From NCBI RefSeq assembly GCF_000007985.2, contig NC_002939.5, positions 180,001-212,000 on the forward strand: 32,000 nt of DNA, given 5' to 3'. A model generated the notes under the pieces. That model searched no databases, was not told where the DNA came from, and saw nothing but the letters and a program-made list of their open reading frames with translations. Position numbers and translations under genes: made by a program. This document shows positions 16,422-23,763 of this stretch, piece after piece; the first letter of the stretch is position 1, and each line of letters starts with the position of its first letter. Source of the DNA: Geobacter sulfurreducens PCA. GTDB taxonomy: Bacteria; Desulfobacterota; Desulfuromonadia; Geobacterales; Geobacteraceae.

Positions 16422-17729
16422 TCAGATGGTCCTGCCGGGTTCGATCACGATGCCGTCTATGTCAAGGTCGATTTTCAACCGTTTGGCCGCATCCCTGGCC
16501 TTGCCGTCGTCACTGAACGGGCCGGCGATGATCCGGTAGCTCGAATCCTTCGACAGCACCCGGGCCGGGATCGGCGGCCCCTGATGGTTGATGATGGCGG
16601 CCATCCTCCGGGCTTCCATTTCGTCGCGCATGTCGCCGACCATGACATACCATGCGTCCAGCTTGAGCGCCGGCAGCTCCGGCCTGCCATACAGCGCTGC
16701 CGGGTGCTCGATTCTCAGGGGCGAGGCCGCCTCTTGCTCCGCTCCCGGCCTCAGCTCCAGAATAGGGACGGGAATCCCCCGGGCCTCGGCCTGGACTTGT
16801 TTGATCTTGTCCCAGTCAAGCGTTCGCGCCGATGCGCTTTCAAAGGATTTCAGCTTCGCATGGATCCGGGCCAGTTCACTGGTGCCCGAATCCTCCAGGG
16901 GGGTGTGGGCTTCCATGTAGAGCACGCCGTCGCGCTGGCCGATGAGATAGGGCTGATTGACTATGAGCACCGGGGTGTTGACCGCCGTATCCCGGAACAG
17001 CACCTCGATATGTTCCGGATAGAGCCTCATGCAGCCATTGGATGCCTTCAGGCCGATGCTGGCCGGTTTGTTGGTGCCGTGGATCAGGTAGCCCGACCTG
17101 CTCAGATAGAGCGCGTAGTCTCCCAAGGGGTTCTCCGGCCCCGGCGGTACCCGGGCAGGGAGAATGTCCCCCTTTTTCCGGTGATCTTCGGCGATGGAGG
17201 CGGGCACATACCAGGTCGGCCGGCTGGCCTTGCGCGCCACGCGTGTCGGTCCCTGGGGGGTGGGCCGCTCCTTGGTCCCGATTCCGACCGGGTAGGTCGA
17301 CACGGCCAGGGCTCCGCCGTTTTCCTTGAACTGAAAGAGCCGCATGGTGGCCAGGTTGATCACGATTCCCTTCCGGGGGGCATCCGGCAGGATGAAGTTC
17401 AGGGGCAGGGTAATGCGTTGGCCTGCCTTGGGCAGCCACACATCAACCCCCGGATTGGCTGCGCTGATGGCATTGATGCCCACGCTGAAGTGCCGCGCCA
17501 CATCCGGCAGCGTATCCCCCTCTTCGAGTTTGACCAGCCCCAGTCGGCCGATGACGTCAGTTCCCGGCGCAACCTGGAACCGGTTCCGTTCAAGTTCGCT
17601 TTCAGGGTGGACCGGTGAGAACCAGGCTTGCCGGGTGGCGGCACAGCCCGTGAGGGCAATGACGCAGATGCCCAGGACAGCGGAACGAAGCCAGTAGGCC
17701 ACGGTTGGCAGCGTAACGATTCTGCGCAT
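16422..17729 (-). CDS. L,D-transpeptidase (YkuD/ErfK/YbiS/YcfS family) with LysM and C-terminal SPOR domains; lipoprotein signal
   Basis: Signal and lipobox VIALTGCAA. LysM-like GDTLPDVARHFSVGINAISAANPGV. Catalytic YLIHGTNKPASIGLKASNGCMRLYPEHIEVLF. SPOR-like YVMVGDMRDEMEARRMAAII...YRIIAGPFSDDGKARDAAKRL. Confidence 0.85.
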   Translation of the reverse strand: MRRIVTLPTVAYWLRSAVLGICVIALTGCAATRQAWFSPVHPESELERNRFQVAPGTDVIGRLGLVKLEEGDTLPDVARHFSVGINAISAANPGVDVWLPKAGQRITLPLNFILPDAPRKGIVINLATMRLFQFKENGGALAVSTYPVGIGTKERPTPQGPTRVARKASRPTWYVPASIAEDHRKKGDILPARVPPGPENPLGDYALYLSRSGYLIHGTNKPASIGLKASNGCMRLYPEHIEVLFRDTAVNTPVLIVNQPYLIGQRDGVLYMEAHTPLEDSGTSELARIHAKLKSFESASARTLDWDKIKQVQAEARGIPVPILELRPGAEQEAASPLRIEHPAALYGRPELPALKLDAWYVMVGDMRDEMEARRMAAIINHQGPPIPARVLSKDSSYRIIAGPFSDDGKARDAAKRLKIDLDIDGIVIEPGRTI

Positions 17730-17756
17730 GGGTTACACGGGTACCTTTCTGTCTCA

Positions 17757-17870
17757 TGAAAATAAACAAGCCGGGGCCGAATATTCTGTGATAGTTCGGC
17801 AACCCGGCTGTCTCGGTGAGACCCTGTAGGCTTTCCGCCCCATCCTCGCGGATGGTTTAGTATTATCGTT
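17757..17870 (-). promoter_or_regulatory. GEMM-I-type cyclic-dinucleotide riboswitch, proximal copy (aptamer plus intrinsic terminator)
   Basis: The minus-strand RNA reads ACUAAACCAUCCGCGAGGAUGGGGCGGAAAGCCUACAGGGUCUCACCGAGACAGCCGGGUUGCCGAA. It matches the GEMM-I pattern: a GNRA-capped hairpin, G(C/G)AAAGCC, and CAGCCGGGUUGCCGA. The 3' aptamer strand can instead pair with UUCGGCCCCGGCU, which is followed by UUGUUUAUUUU. Confidence 0.8.
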
Positions 17871-17957
17871 TATCACCAGCAGTTGTCGTGCCGTGTTCGT
17901 TGTCGATGGGAACCGGCACGATCCGGTGCCTGTTCGGGCGCACCTCTCACTGACTCG

Positions 17958-18068
17958 CGCAACAAAAAAGCCGGGGCCGATATCCTGTGATATTTCGGCA
18001 ACCCGGCTGTCTCGGTGAGACCCTGTAGGCTTTCCGCCCCATTCTCGCGAATGGTTGAGTATTGTCGT
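17958..18068 (-). promoter_or_regulatory. GEMM-I-type cyclic-dinucleotide riboswitch, distal copy (aptamer plus intrinsic terminator)
   Basis: This is about 90% identical to the proximal copy: ACUCAACCAUUCGCGAGAAUGGGGCGGAAAGCCUACAGGGUCUCACCGAGACAGCCGGGUUGCCGAAAUAUCACAGGAUAUCGGCCCCGGCUUUUUUGUU. Confidence 0.8.
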
Positions 18069-18091
18069 CTATCGCAACTGATTTTTCCGCA

Positions 18092-18120
18092 TGGATAGCA
18101 CTGCAATGAGAATTTGTCAA
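18092..18120 (-). promoter_or_regulatory. Candidate sigma70 promoter driving the tandem riboswitch leader
   Basis: On the minus strand: -35 TTGACA (18120-18115), 17-nt spacer, -10 TATCCA (18097-18092). Confidence 0.5.
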
Positions 18121-18313
18121 CATTTTTCCGGAGTTCGCCGGTGCCGCACACCGATTTCAGAGCGCGACCCATCGGCTGCCGTTGCGGGTAGACCGTCCGG
18201 GTGCGGAGCGTGCGTTGCCGGGACATTGGGCCTTGACTGACAAACGCGGAGGATTTTAAGCTTGATGGTGGCGTCGCTTCAACGCCACCTGCCAAACGGG
18301 ATAGGGGAGATTT

Positions 18314-18961
18314 ATGTTCGACGGTATTTTCTGGGACAACGACGGGGTGCTGATGGAGACCGAGCACCTCTACTACCGTGCCAATGCCGAGGCCCTGGCA
18401 CGGGTGGGCGTAGAGCTTTCCCTCGACGACTTCTGCCGGATCTCCCTGCGCCGGGGTGAGAGCGTGCTCGATCTCGCCGCCGGGCCGGGGCGGGACGACA
18501 GGGCAGCGGATGACCTGCGCCTGGTCCGCGACGAGATATACTTCCGGCTGCTGGGGGAAGAGGCGCGGGTAATGCCGGGGGTCCTTGATACCCTGGAGCG
18601 GCTCCACGGCCGGCTCCCCATGGCGATCGTCACCAGCTGCCGGCGGGTGAATTTCCTGCAGATGCACCGTGGGAGCGGGTTGCTCCACTATTTCGATTTC
18701 ATCCTCACCCGCGAGGACTACGGCGCGTCGAAGCCCGATCCCGAACCGTACCTGGCGGCCTGTGCCCGCGCCGGGCTCGACCCCGGCCGCTGCCTGGCCA
18801 TCGAGGATTCGGAACGGGGCGTCACCTCCGCGGCCCGGGCCGGGCTTGCCGTGGCCGCGATCCCGGGCACCATGAATCAAGGGGGCGATTTCGGCGCGGC
18901 ACGGTGGCTGTTGGACGGCATTCACCAATTGCCGCCGCTCCTGAATCTCGACGAAGAGTGA
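18314..18961 (+). CDS. HAD-IA family hydrolase (phosphatase / beta-phosphoglucomutase-like)
   Basis: Motif I is IFWDNDGVLMETE. Also present: VTSCRR..., YGASKPDPEPYL, and IEDSERGVTSAARAGL. Confidence 0.8.
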   Translation: MFDGIFWDNDGVLMETEHLYYRANAEALARVGVELSLDDFCRISLRRGESVLDLAAGPGRDDRAADDLRLVRDEIYFRLLGEEARVMPGVLDTLERLHGRLPMAIVTSCRRVNFLQMHRGSGLLHYFDFILTREDYGASKPDPEPYLAACARAGLDPGRCLAIEDSERGVTSAARAGLAVAAIPGTMNQGGDFGAARWLLDGIHQLPPLLNLDEE

Positions 18962-18986
18962 GGAGCACGGTGCCGCCGTGCGGAAC

Positions 18987-20192
18987 TCAAGTCCCGCCCT
19001 TGCAGGCAGAGGAGCCATCCGCGTGCAGGTGCCTGAAGAAGAGATAGACCAGCGGCGGCAGAACGAGCAGGTAGGCTGCGGCGAGGAGACGGAAGGTGCC
19101 GCCCGCGCCAGCGGCATCGGCATAGCGTCCCACCAGGGGGGCGGTGCAGGCGAACAGGAGCCGGAAGCAGAGGGACTGCAGCGACAGCATCCCGGCCCGG
19201 TTGGCCGAGGGGATTTCGTCCTGGACCAGGTGGAGGAGGAGTGGCCCCCGCATCCCCCGCATGGCCGTGAGCAGGTAGTAGAAGAGAAAGCTCCATGCCC
19301 CCGCCGTCCAACCCAGCCCCAGGTAGCCGACCCAGACCAGCAGCACCAGGAGCAGGAGCATCGGGCGGTCCCCCAGCCCGGCCCGCACCCGGTGGCTCAG
19401 TACGGCAAAGAGGGCCACGACCAGGTTAGCCCCGGCCCAGATCGGGCCGAAGGAGGCGAGGGGCACGCCGCTGTCGCGCATGTAGGGCTGGATCAGCCAG
19501 ACCGGATAGAAGGAGGCGAGGCCGAGCGCGATGCTGAGCAGGATGGTGGCGCGCAGGCGCCGGTTGCGGACGAAAACGTAGCTGGCCGAGGCAAGTGCCT
19601 CCTTCAGATGGCTGGCCTGGTGGTGCCGCTCCCGTGCGGGCTCGGTCAGTCTGCGCGTCAGGAAAAGGGCCAGCACCCAGACCCCCACCTGCAGAAAAAA
19701 TGGAAGAAGGGGATAGCGGGCATAGAGGACGCCGGCAAAGAGCGCCCCGGCTGCCTCACCGGTCTGGCCGAAAAAGGTGGAGCGCCCTTCGTGGCGGGCA
19801 TAGGCCGTTTCTTCCCCCTGTTCCTTGAGGGATTCATAGAGGAGTGCACTGTCAGTGCCGCTGATGAACGAGGTGGCAATGCCGAGGAGGATCTCGGCGA
19901 TAAGGACGTCCCTGAACGATGTGGCCGCCGTATAGACCGCCCATCCCGCGATTCCCAGGGCCGAGGCCGCGGTCAGGGCCGCCCGGTAGCCGATCCGGTC
20001 GCTGATATAGCCGGAGGGGTATTCCATCACCGCCATGGCCACGGCGAAGATGCTCTGCAGAAGCAGGATTTCGGACAGGCTCAGCCCGATCTGGTCCTTC
20101 CAGAAGAGCGTGATGACCGCCATGGGGAACAGGGTCATCTGCAGGAAGGAGAAGGCATAGAGCAGGGGAATGTTGCGCCGGAGGGAGGTCAT
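18987..20192 (-). CDS. MFS transporter
   Basis: About 400 aa of hydrophobic protein with MFS-like loops (GYISDRIGYR). The ORF track extends to 20207. I prefer ATG 20192, because the duplicated copy at 21314-21523 shares sequence only from about 10 nt upstream of this ATG, and the upstream small ORF stops in an ATGA overlap here. Confidence 0.8.
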   Translation of the reverse strand: MTSLRRNIPLLYAFSFLQMTLFPMAVITLFWKDQIGLSLSEILLLQSIFAVAMAVMEYPSGYISDRIGYRAALTAASALGIAGWAVYTAATSFRDVLIAEILLGIATSFISGTDSALLYESLKEQGEETAYARHEGRSTFFGQTGEAAGALFAGVLYARYPLLPFFLQVGVWVLALFLTRRLTEPARERHHQASHLKEALASASYVFVRNRRLRATILLSIALGLASFYPVWLIQPYMRDSGVPLASFGPIWAGANLVVALFAVLSHRVRAGLGDRPMLLLLVLLVWVGYLGLGWTAGAWSFLFYYLLTAMRGMRGPLLLHLVQDEIPSANRAGMLSLQSLCFRLLFACTAPLVGRYADAAGAGGTFRLLAAAYLLVLPPLVYLFFRHLHADGSSACKGGT

Positions 20193-20284
20193 GGCTGTGT
20201 AGAACATTTCTGGCAGAACATTTCACCGGCAGCGGCGGGTGCCGCCAGCACCAGCAGCACCAACCCGAGGATCGTGTCCCTCAT
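20189..20284 (-). CDS. Candidate 31-aa small hydrophobic/secreted peptide translationally coupled to the MFS gene
   Basis: GGAGAGGAAAGGA lies upstream of ATG 20284. The translation is MRDTILGLVLLVLAAPAAAGEMFCQKCSTQP. Its TGA overlaps the MFS ATG (ATGA at 20192-20189). It is below the ORF-track size cutoff. Confidence 0.35.
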   Translation of the reverse strand: MRDTILGLVLLVLAAPAAAGEMFCQKCSTQP

Positions 20285-20366
20285 GGTCCTTTCCTCTCCC
20301 GTCCCAGGATTACGGCCGGCTTGTCAAAGGACTCGTTCAGCCCCCCCTGCGCACCGTTTTCCCCCT

Positions 20367-20883
20367 TCAAGCAACCCTCCGGTAGCGTGCCGTCATGACC
20401 CGCAGCCACGTGCCGTCGCCGGTCAGCATGTACGAGGTGAGAGTGCGCTCGTCGCGGCTCTTGAGCTCGATCACGTCCCGGAACGCCGTCATTTTCCCTT
20501 CGGCGGAACAATCAGGGCCCTCGCTGTTTAGGGTCAAGGTCTTCCCGTCCTTGTCCAGTTCGCCGTCATACACCCAGAGATGGGTCATCATCGACCCGAC
20601 CCAGGTTCCCACATACCGTTGCTTCTGCGGATTATAGCCTAGGGTAAGCAGCATGGTCGCGTCTCCCCCCCCCGGGCATCCCGCCCGTTCCCTCGGCCAG
20701 AATCCAGAGACCTCCCACGGGGCGAACGGTTTCGCTCCCCGTGCATGTTTCGGAGGGTTTGTCCGGTTCAATCAGTGCTTCGGCTTCGTAGGTCCAGTCG
20801 CCGACCAGTTGCTGCAGCCAGAGGTGCTCTTGCTGGGGCTCGGCCTGCATCGTCGGCTCATGAATTTTTTCGCCTTGCGACAT
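20367..20883 (-). pseudogene. DUF1579 domain protein interrupted by a +1 frameshift in a G9 homopolymer
   Basis: Two overlapping ORFs (20632-20919 and 20367-20771) together give MSQGEKIHE...WLQQLVGDWTYEAE...GLWILAEGTGGMPGGG / DATMLLTLGYNPQKQRYVGTWVGSMMTHLWVYDGELDKDGKTL...YRR. The junction is the C9 run at 20665-20673 (G9 on the coding strand). Removing one G gives a 171-aa ORF. Confidence 0.7.
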
Positions 20884-20950
20884 GACGATCATCTCCTTTC
20901 CATGGTTCCATTGTATCACTGTCGCGGCGGGAGGGATGCGGGAAGATGAC

Positions 20951-21352
20951 CTATTCCCTGCTGCGATCCTCCCGCCGGCGGATTGCGAACAGCGGCTCGA
21001 AGATGAACTCGTCCCGGCAGACGGGACATCTGCCGGGCGGGGTGAGGCGGTCGCGTTTGGAGAACACGAAGCCGCAGGAGCGGCACTCGGCTGGGGTTAT
21101 TTCCAGGAACTCCCCGGTGGCGTGAATGCTGAGGCGGATATGCTCCAGGTGGCTGTAGACATCTTTTTCCGTCATGTGTGCCTGCCCCGAGATATCCCTG
21201 GCCGAGAGGGGGTGGTTGCGGATCAGCGTGATGACGGCACGGCGTGCCGTTTCCTGCGCGGGACGCGGGACAGCCGGCTTTCTCGCCCTCCGGTTCACGG
21301 GGCCTTGCTCCGCCGGTAGCTGATCCGGTCTCTGAAGTAGCCGGAGGGGCAT
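20951..21352 (-). CDS. HTH plus zinc-ribbon transcriptional regulator (COG3357-like)
   Basis: RRAVITLIRNHPLSARDISGQAHMTEKDVYSHLEHI (HTH), then PAECRSCGF...PGRCPVCRDEFIFEP (CxxC...CxxC). The true start may be GTG 21298, because the first 18 codons lie inside the duplicated MFS fragment. Confidence 0.6.
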   Translation of the reverse strand: MPLRLLQRPDQLPAEQGPVNRRARKPAVPRPAQETARRAVITLIRNHPLSARDISGQAHMTEKDVYSHLEHIRLSIHATGEFLEITPAECRSCGFVFSKRDRLTPPGRCPVCRDEFIFEPLFAIRRREDRSRE

Positions 21353-21523
21353 TCAATCACCACCATGGCCACGGCGAAGATGCCCTGCAGGAGCAGGATC
21401 TCGGACAGGCTCTGTCCGATCTTCCAGAAGAGCGTGATGACCGCCATGGGGAACAGGGTCATCTGCAGGAAGGAGAAGGCATAGAGCAGGGAGATGTTGC
21501 GGCGGAGGGAGGTCATGGCTGTG
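21314..21523 (-). pseudogene. Duplicated 5' fragment of the MFS transporter gene
   Basis: About 90% nucleotide identity to 19984-20199, with a 6-nt deletion. It translates as MTSLRRNISLLYAFSFLQMTLFPMAVITLFWKIGQSLSEILLLQGIFAVAM..., compared with MTSLRRNIPLLYAFSFLQMTLFPMAVITLFWKDQIGLSLSEILLLQSIFAVAM... in the intact gene. Confidence 0.8.
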
Positions 21524-21858
21524 CCGGGCTCTCGGGTGGTACGGTGTGGTTCGGGAGCGTGCGGGTGATGACAAGGTCTCTCTTGGTGGAGGTCATTGAT
21601 TCCGCTATCGTGTTCATGGTGCAGCTTCTTTCCGGACACCAAATCAGTATCCTGCCAGGATTTCAATTGCTTCGGGTTCGCCTGTCAGAGCGCAGGGGCG
21701 CCCCGAGGGTTCTGGCCTTTGCTGGCTTATTGGTAGCCAGTTCCACATGGACGAATGGATTTGCCATGATCTGATATCCCTTTTGTCTGCGCTGAACCGT
21801 CTTGATTCAACTATATCTCGTTCCGGGGGAAGGTCACCACATTGATTGGCTTATTGGA

Positions 21859-21887
21859 TTGATCCCTTGGTCGCAGCGTGGTATATC
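21859..21887 (+). promoter_or_regulatory. Candidate sigma70 promoter of dbpA
   Basis: -35 TTGATC (21859-21864), 17-nt spacer, -10 TATATC (21882-21887). Confidence 0.45.
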
Positions 21888-21900
21888 TGGCAAGCGTCTG

Positions 21901-21931
21901 AACCACAGGGCCGGCCCTGTGGTTTTTTTGT
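21901..21931 (+). terminator. Intrinsic-terminator hairpin in the dbpA leader (attenuator candidate)
   Basis: AACCACAGGG-CCGG-CCCTGTGGTT followed by TTTTTGTGG, 30 nt upstream of ATG 21955. It is homologous to 5113-5146. Confidence 0.6.
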
Positions 21932-21954
21932 GGGCGCAGAACGGGAGTGTCCCC

Positions 21955-23337
21955 ATGAATCCGAAAGCATTTTCGTCGCTTCGCCTGAAAGCCCCCATGC
22001 TCAGGAACCTGGCCTCCCTCGGCTATGCCGAGATGACACCGATTCAGGCCCACAGCCTGCCGCTCATCCTGGCCGGCAAGGATGTGATCGCCAGGGCCAA
22101 GACCGGTAGCGGCAAGACCGCGGCTTTTGGCATCGGACTGCTGTCGCGTCTGGATGCATTATCCTTCCGGGTGCAGGCGTTGGTGCTCTGCCCGACCCGT
22201 GAGCTGGCCGATCAGGTGGGCAAGGAACTGCGGCGTCTGGCTCGATTCACCGACAACATCAAGATCTTGACCATCTGTGGCGGTGTTCCCTTCGGGCCCC
22301 AGCTGGGTTCGCTGGAGCATGGGGCCCATGTGGTGATAGGCACACCCGGCCGCCTGCTGGATCACTTGCGGCGCGGCAGCCTTGACCTCTCCGCGCTGCG
22401 GACCCTGGTATTGGACGAGGCGGACCGGATGCTCGACATGGGGTTCCAGGATGACATCAGTGCCCTGATCGCCGCCGCCCCGCCCAAGAGGCAGACTCTC
22501 CTCTTTTCCGCCACCTACCCGGACTCCATTGCCGCCATGAGCGCCGGGGTCCAGAGGGAGCCGGTGGAGGTCAGCGTGGACGAGGTCCATGGGGAGGGGG
22601 CCATCGAGCAGGTATTCTACGAGGTGGACAGCGGCCAGCGGATCGAAGCGGTCGAGCGGATTCTCGGGCACTATCGTCCCGAGTCTGCTCTCATCTTCTG
22701 CAACACGAAGCTGGAGTGCCAGGAGGTGGCCAATGCCCTGGCCGTCCGGGGGTATGCCGCACTGGCCATCCATGGTGACCTGGACCAGCGGGAGCGGGAC
22801 CGGGTGCTGGTCCGGTTTGCCAACAGGAGCGCATCGGTGCTGGTAGCAACCGACGTTGCCGCCCGGGGGCTGGACATCAAGGAGCTTTCGGCGGTGATTA
22901 ACTACGAGTTGACCCGCAATCCGGAGGTCCATACCCACCGCATCGGCCGCACCGGTCGCGCCGGGGAGCGGGGGCTGGCCGTAAGCTTGGTAACGCCCCG
23001 GGAAAGCCGTCTGATTGCAGCCATCGCGGATGTGCCCGGCAGCATTATCGCCCGTGGCGACCTGTCCACGCTGGCACCGCTAACGGCGAAGCCGCCGCTG
23101 CCCCCCATGGTGACGCTCTGCATCGACGGGGGCCGCAAAAACAAGCTGCGGCCCGGTGATATTCTGGGGGCACTCACCGGAGAGGGAGGTATGCCGGCCA
23201 GCGAGGTGGGGAAGATTGATGTGTTCGATTTCTTTACCTACGTGGCCATTGCGCGGCAGAGCAGTGAGCAGGCCTTGAACTTTCTGAGGGGACACAGGAT
23301 CAAGGGGCGTTTCTTCAAGGTGAGGAAAGCAGTCTGA
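21955..23337 (+). CDS. dbpA: ATP-dependent RNA helicase DbpA (DEAD-box, 23S rRNA-specific C-terminal domain)
   Basis: Q-motif and AKTGSGKTAAF, DEAD (VLDEADRM), SAT, HRIGRTGRAG. The C-terminal region TLCIDGGRKNKLRPGDILGALTGEGG...GKIDVFDFFTYVAI is typical of DbpA. ATG 21955 gives 460 aa. Confidence 0.9.
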   Translation: MNPKAFSSLRLKAPMLRNLASLGYAEMTPIQAHSLPLILAGKDVIARAKTGSGKTAAFGIGLLSRLDALSFRVQALVLCPTRELADQVGKELRRLARFTDNIKILTICGGVPFGPQLGSLEHGAHVVIGTPGRLLDHLRRGSLDLSALRTLVLDEADRMLDMGFQDDISALIAAAPPKRQTLLFSATYPDSIAAMSAGVQREPVEVSVDEVHGEGAIEQVFYEVDSGQRIEAVERILGHYRPESALIFCNTKLECQEVANALAVRGYAALAIHGDLDQRERDRVLVRFANRSASVLVATDVAARGLDIKELSAVINYELTRNPEVHTHRIGRTGRAGERGLAVSLVTPRESRLIAAIADVPGSIIARGDLSTLAPLTAKPPLPPMVTLCIDGGRKNKLRPGDILGALTGEGGMPASEVGKIDVFDFFTYVAIARQSSEQALNFLRGHRIKGRFFKVRKAV

Positions 23338-23468
23338 CGATATGGGTTTTCTGGAAGAGAAGCGGGGCATGCGTGGCAATCTGCTGACCATGCCGTTCTC
23401 CCGAGACTCCGCTGAAGCCTTGCGGTGTTAAGGTGAACGAAAGGCGGTCAACCGGTCTGTTGCCGTTG

Positions 23469-23618
23469 TCATTCGGTTTCCCCGCCGGGAGAGGTGCTCT
23501 CGATGCTGCCAGGCAGACGATCTTTTTTTGCGAGCTTTCGCTGCTGCTTTTCCTCCATTTTTTTCTTCCGTTCCAACTCTTTCTGCCTTTTCTGAAACTG
23601 AAAATTGGGTTTAGCCAT
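23469..23618 (-). CDS. Candidate 49-aa highly basic small protein
   Basis: AGGAGTG lies 9 nt upstream of ATG 23618. The translation is MAKPNFQFQKRQKELERKKKMEEKQQRKLAKKDRLPGSIESTSPGGETE, with stop TGA at 23471-23469. It is below the ORF-track cutoff. The longer ORF at 23315-23629 is in another frame. Confidence 0.45.
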   Translation of the reverse strand: MAKPNFQFQKRQKELERKKKMEEKQQRKLAKKDRLPGSIESTSPGGETE

Positions 23619-23708
23619 TGAATCATCACTCCTGTGCAGGGTTAGCCGGGATTTCCATCAAGGAAACCGATGCTGCCGCGGATTTAATGTCGTGGACCGA
23701 AATTTCAG

Positions 23709-23748
23709 AGACAAAAAAGCCCCGGGGGTACCCGGGGCTTTTTTGTCT
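23709..23748. terminator. Bidirectional intrinsic terminator downstream of csp
   Basis: Perfect palindrome AGACAAAAAAGCCCCGGG-GGTA-CCCGGGGCTTTTTTGTCT. Confidence 0.85.
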
Positions 23749-23763
23749 GCTGGGGACAAGCGG

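Noticed and set aside
16347-20531. Long ORFs 16347-17618 (+), 17873-19123 (-) and 18978-20531 (+)
   Set aside because: Each lies opposite to or across well-supported genes (L,D-transpeptidase, HAD hydrolase, MFS) and across the riboswitch region. The translations are Arg/Gly/Pro-rich noise.
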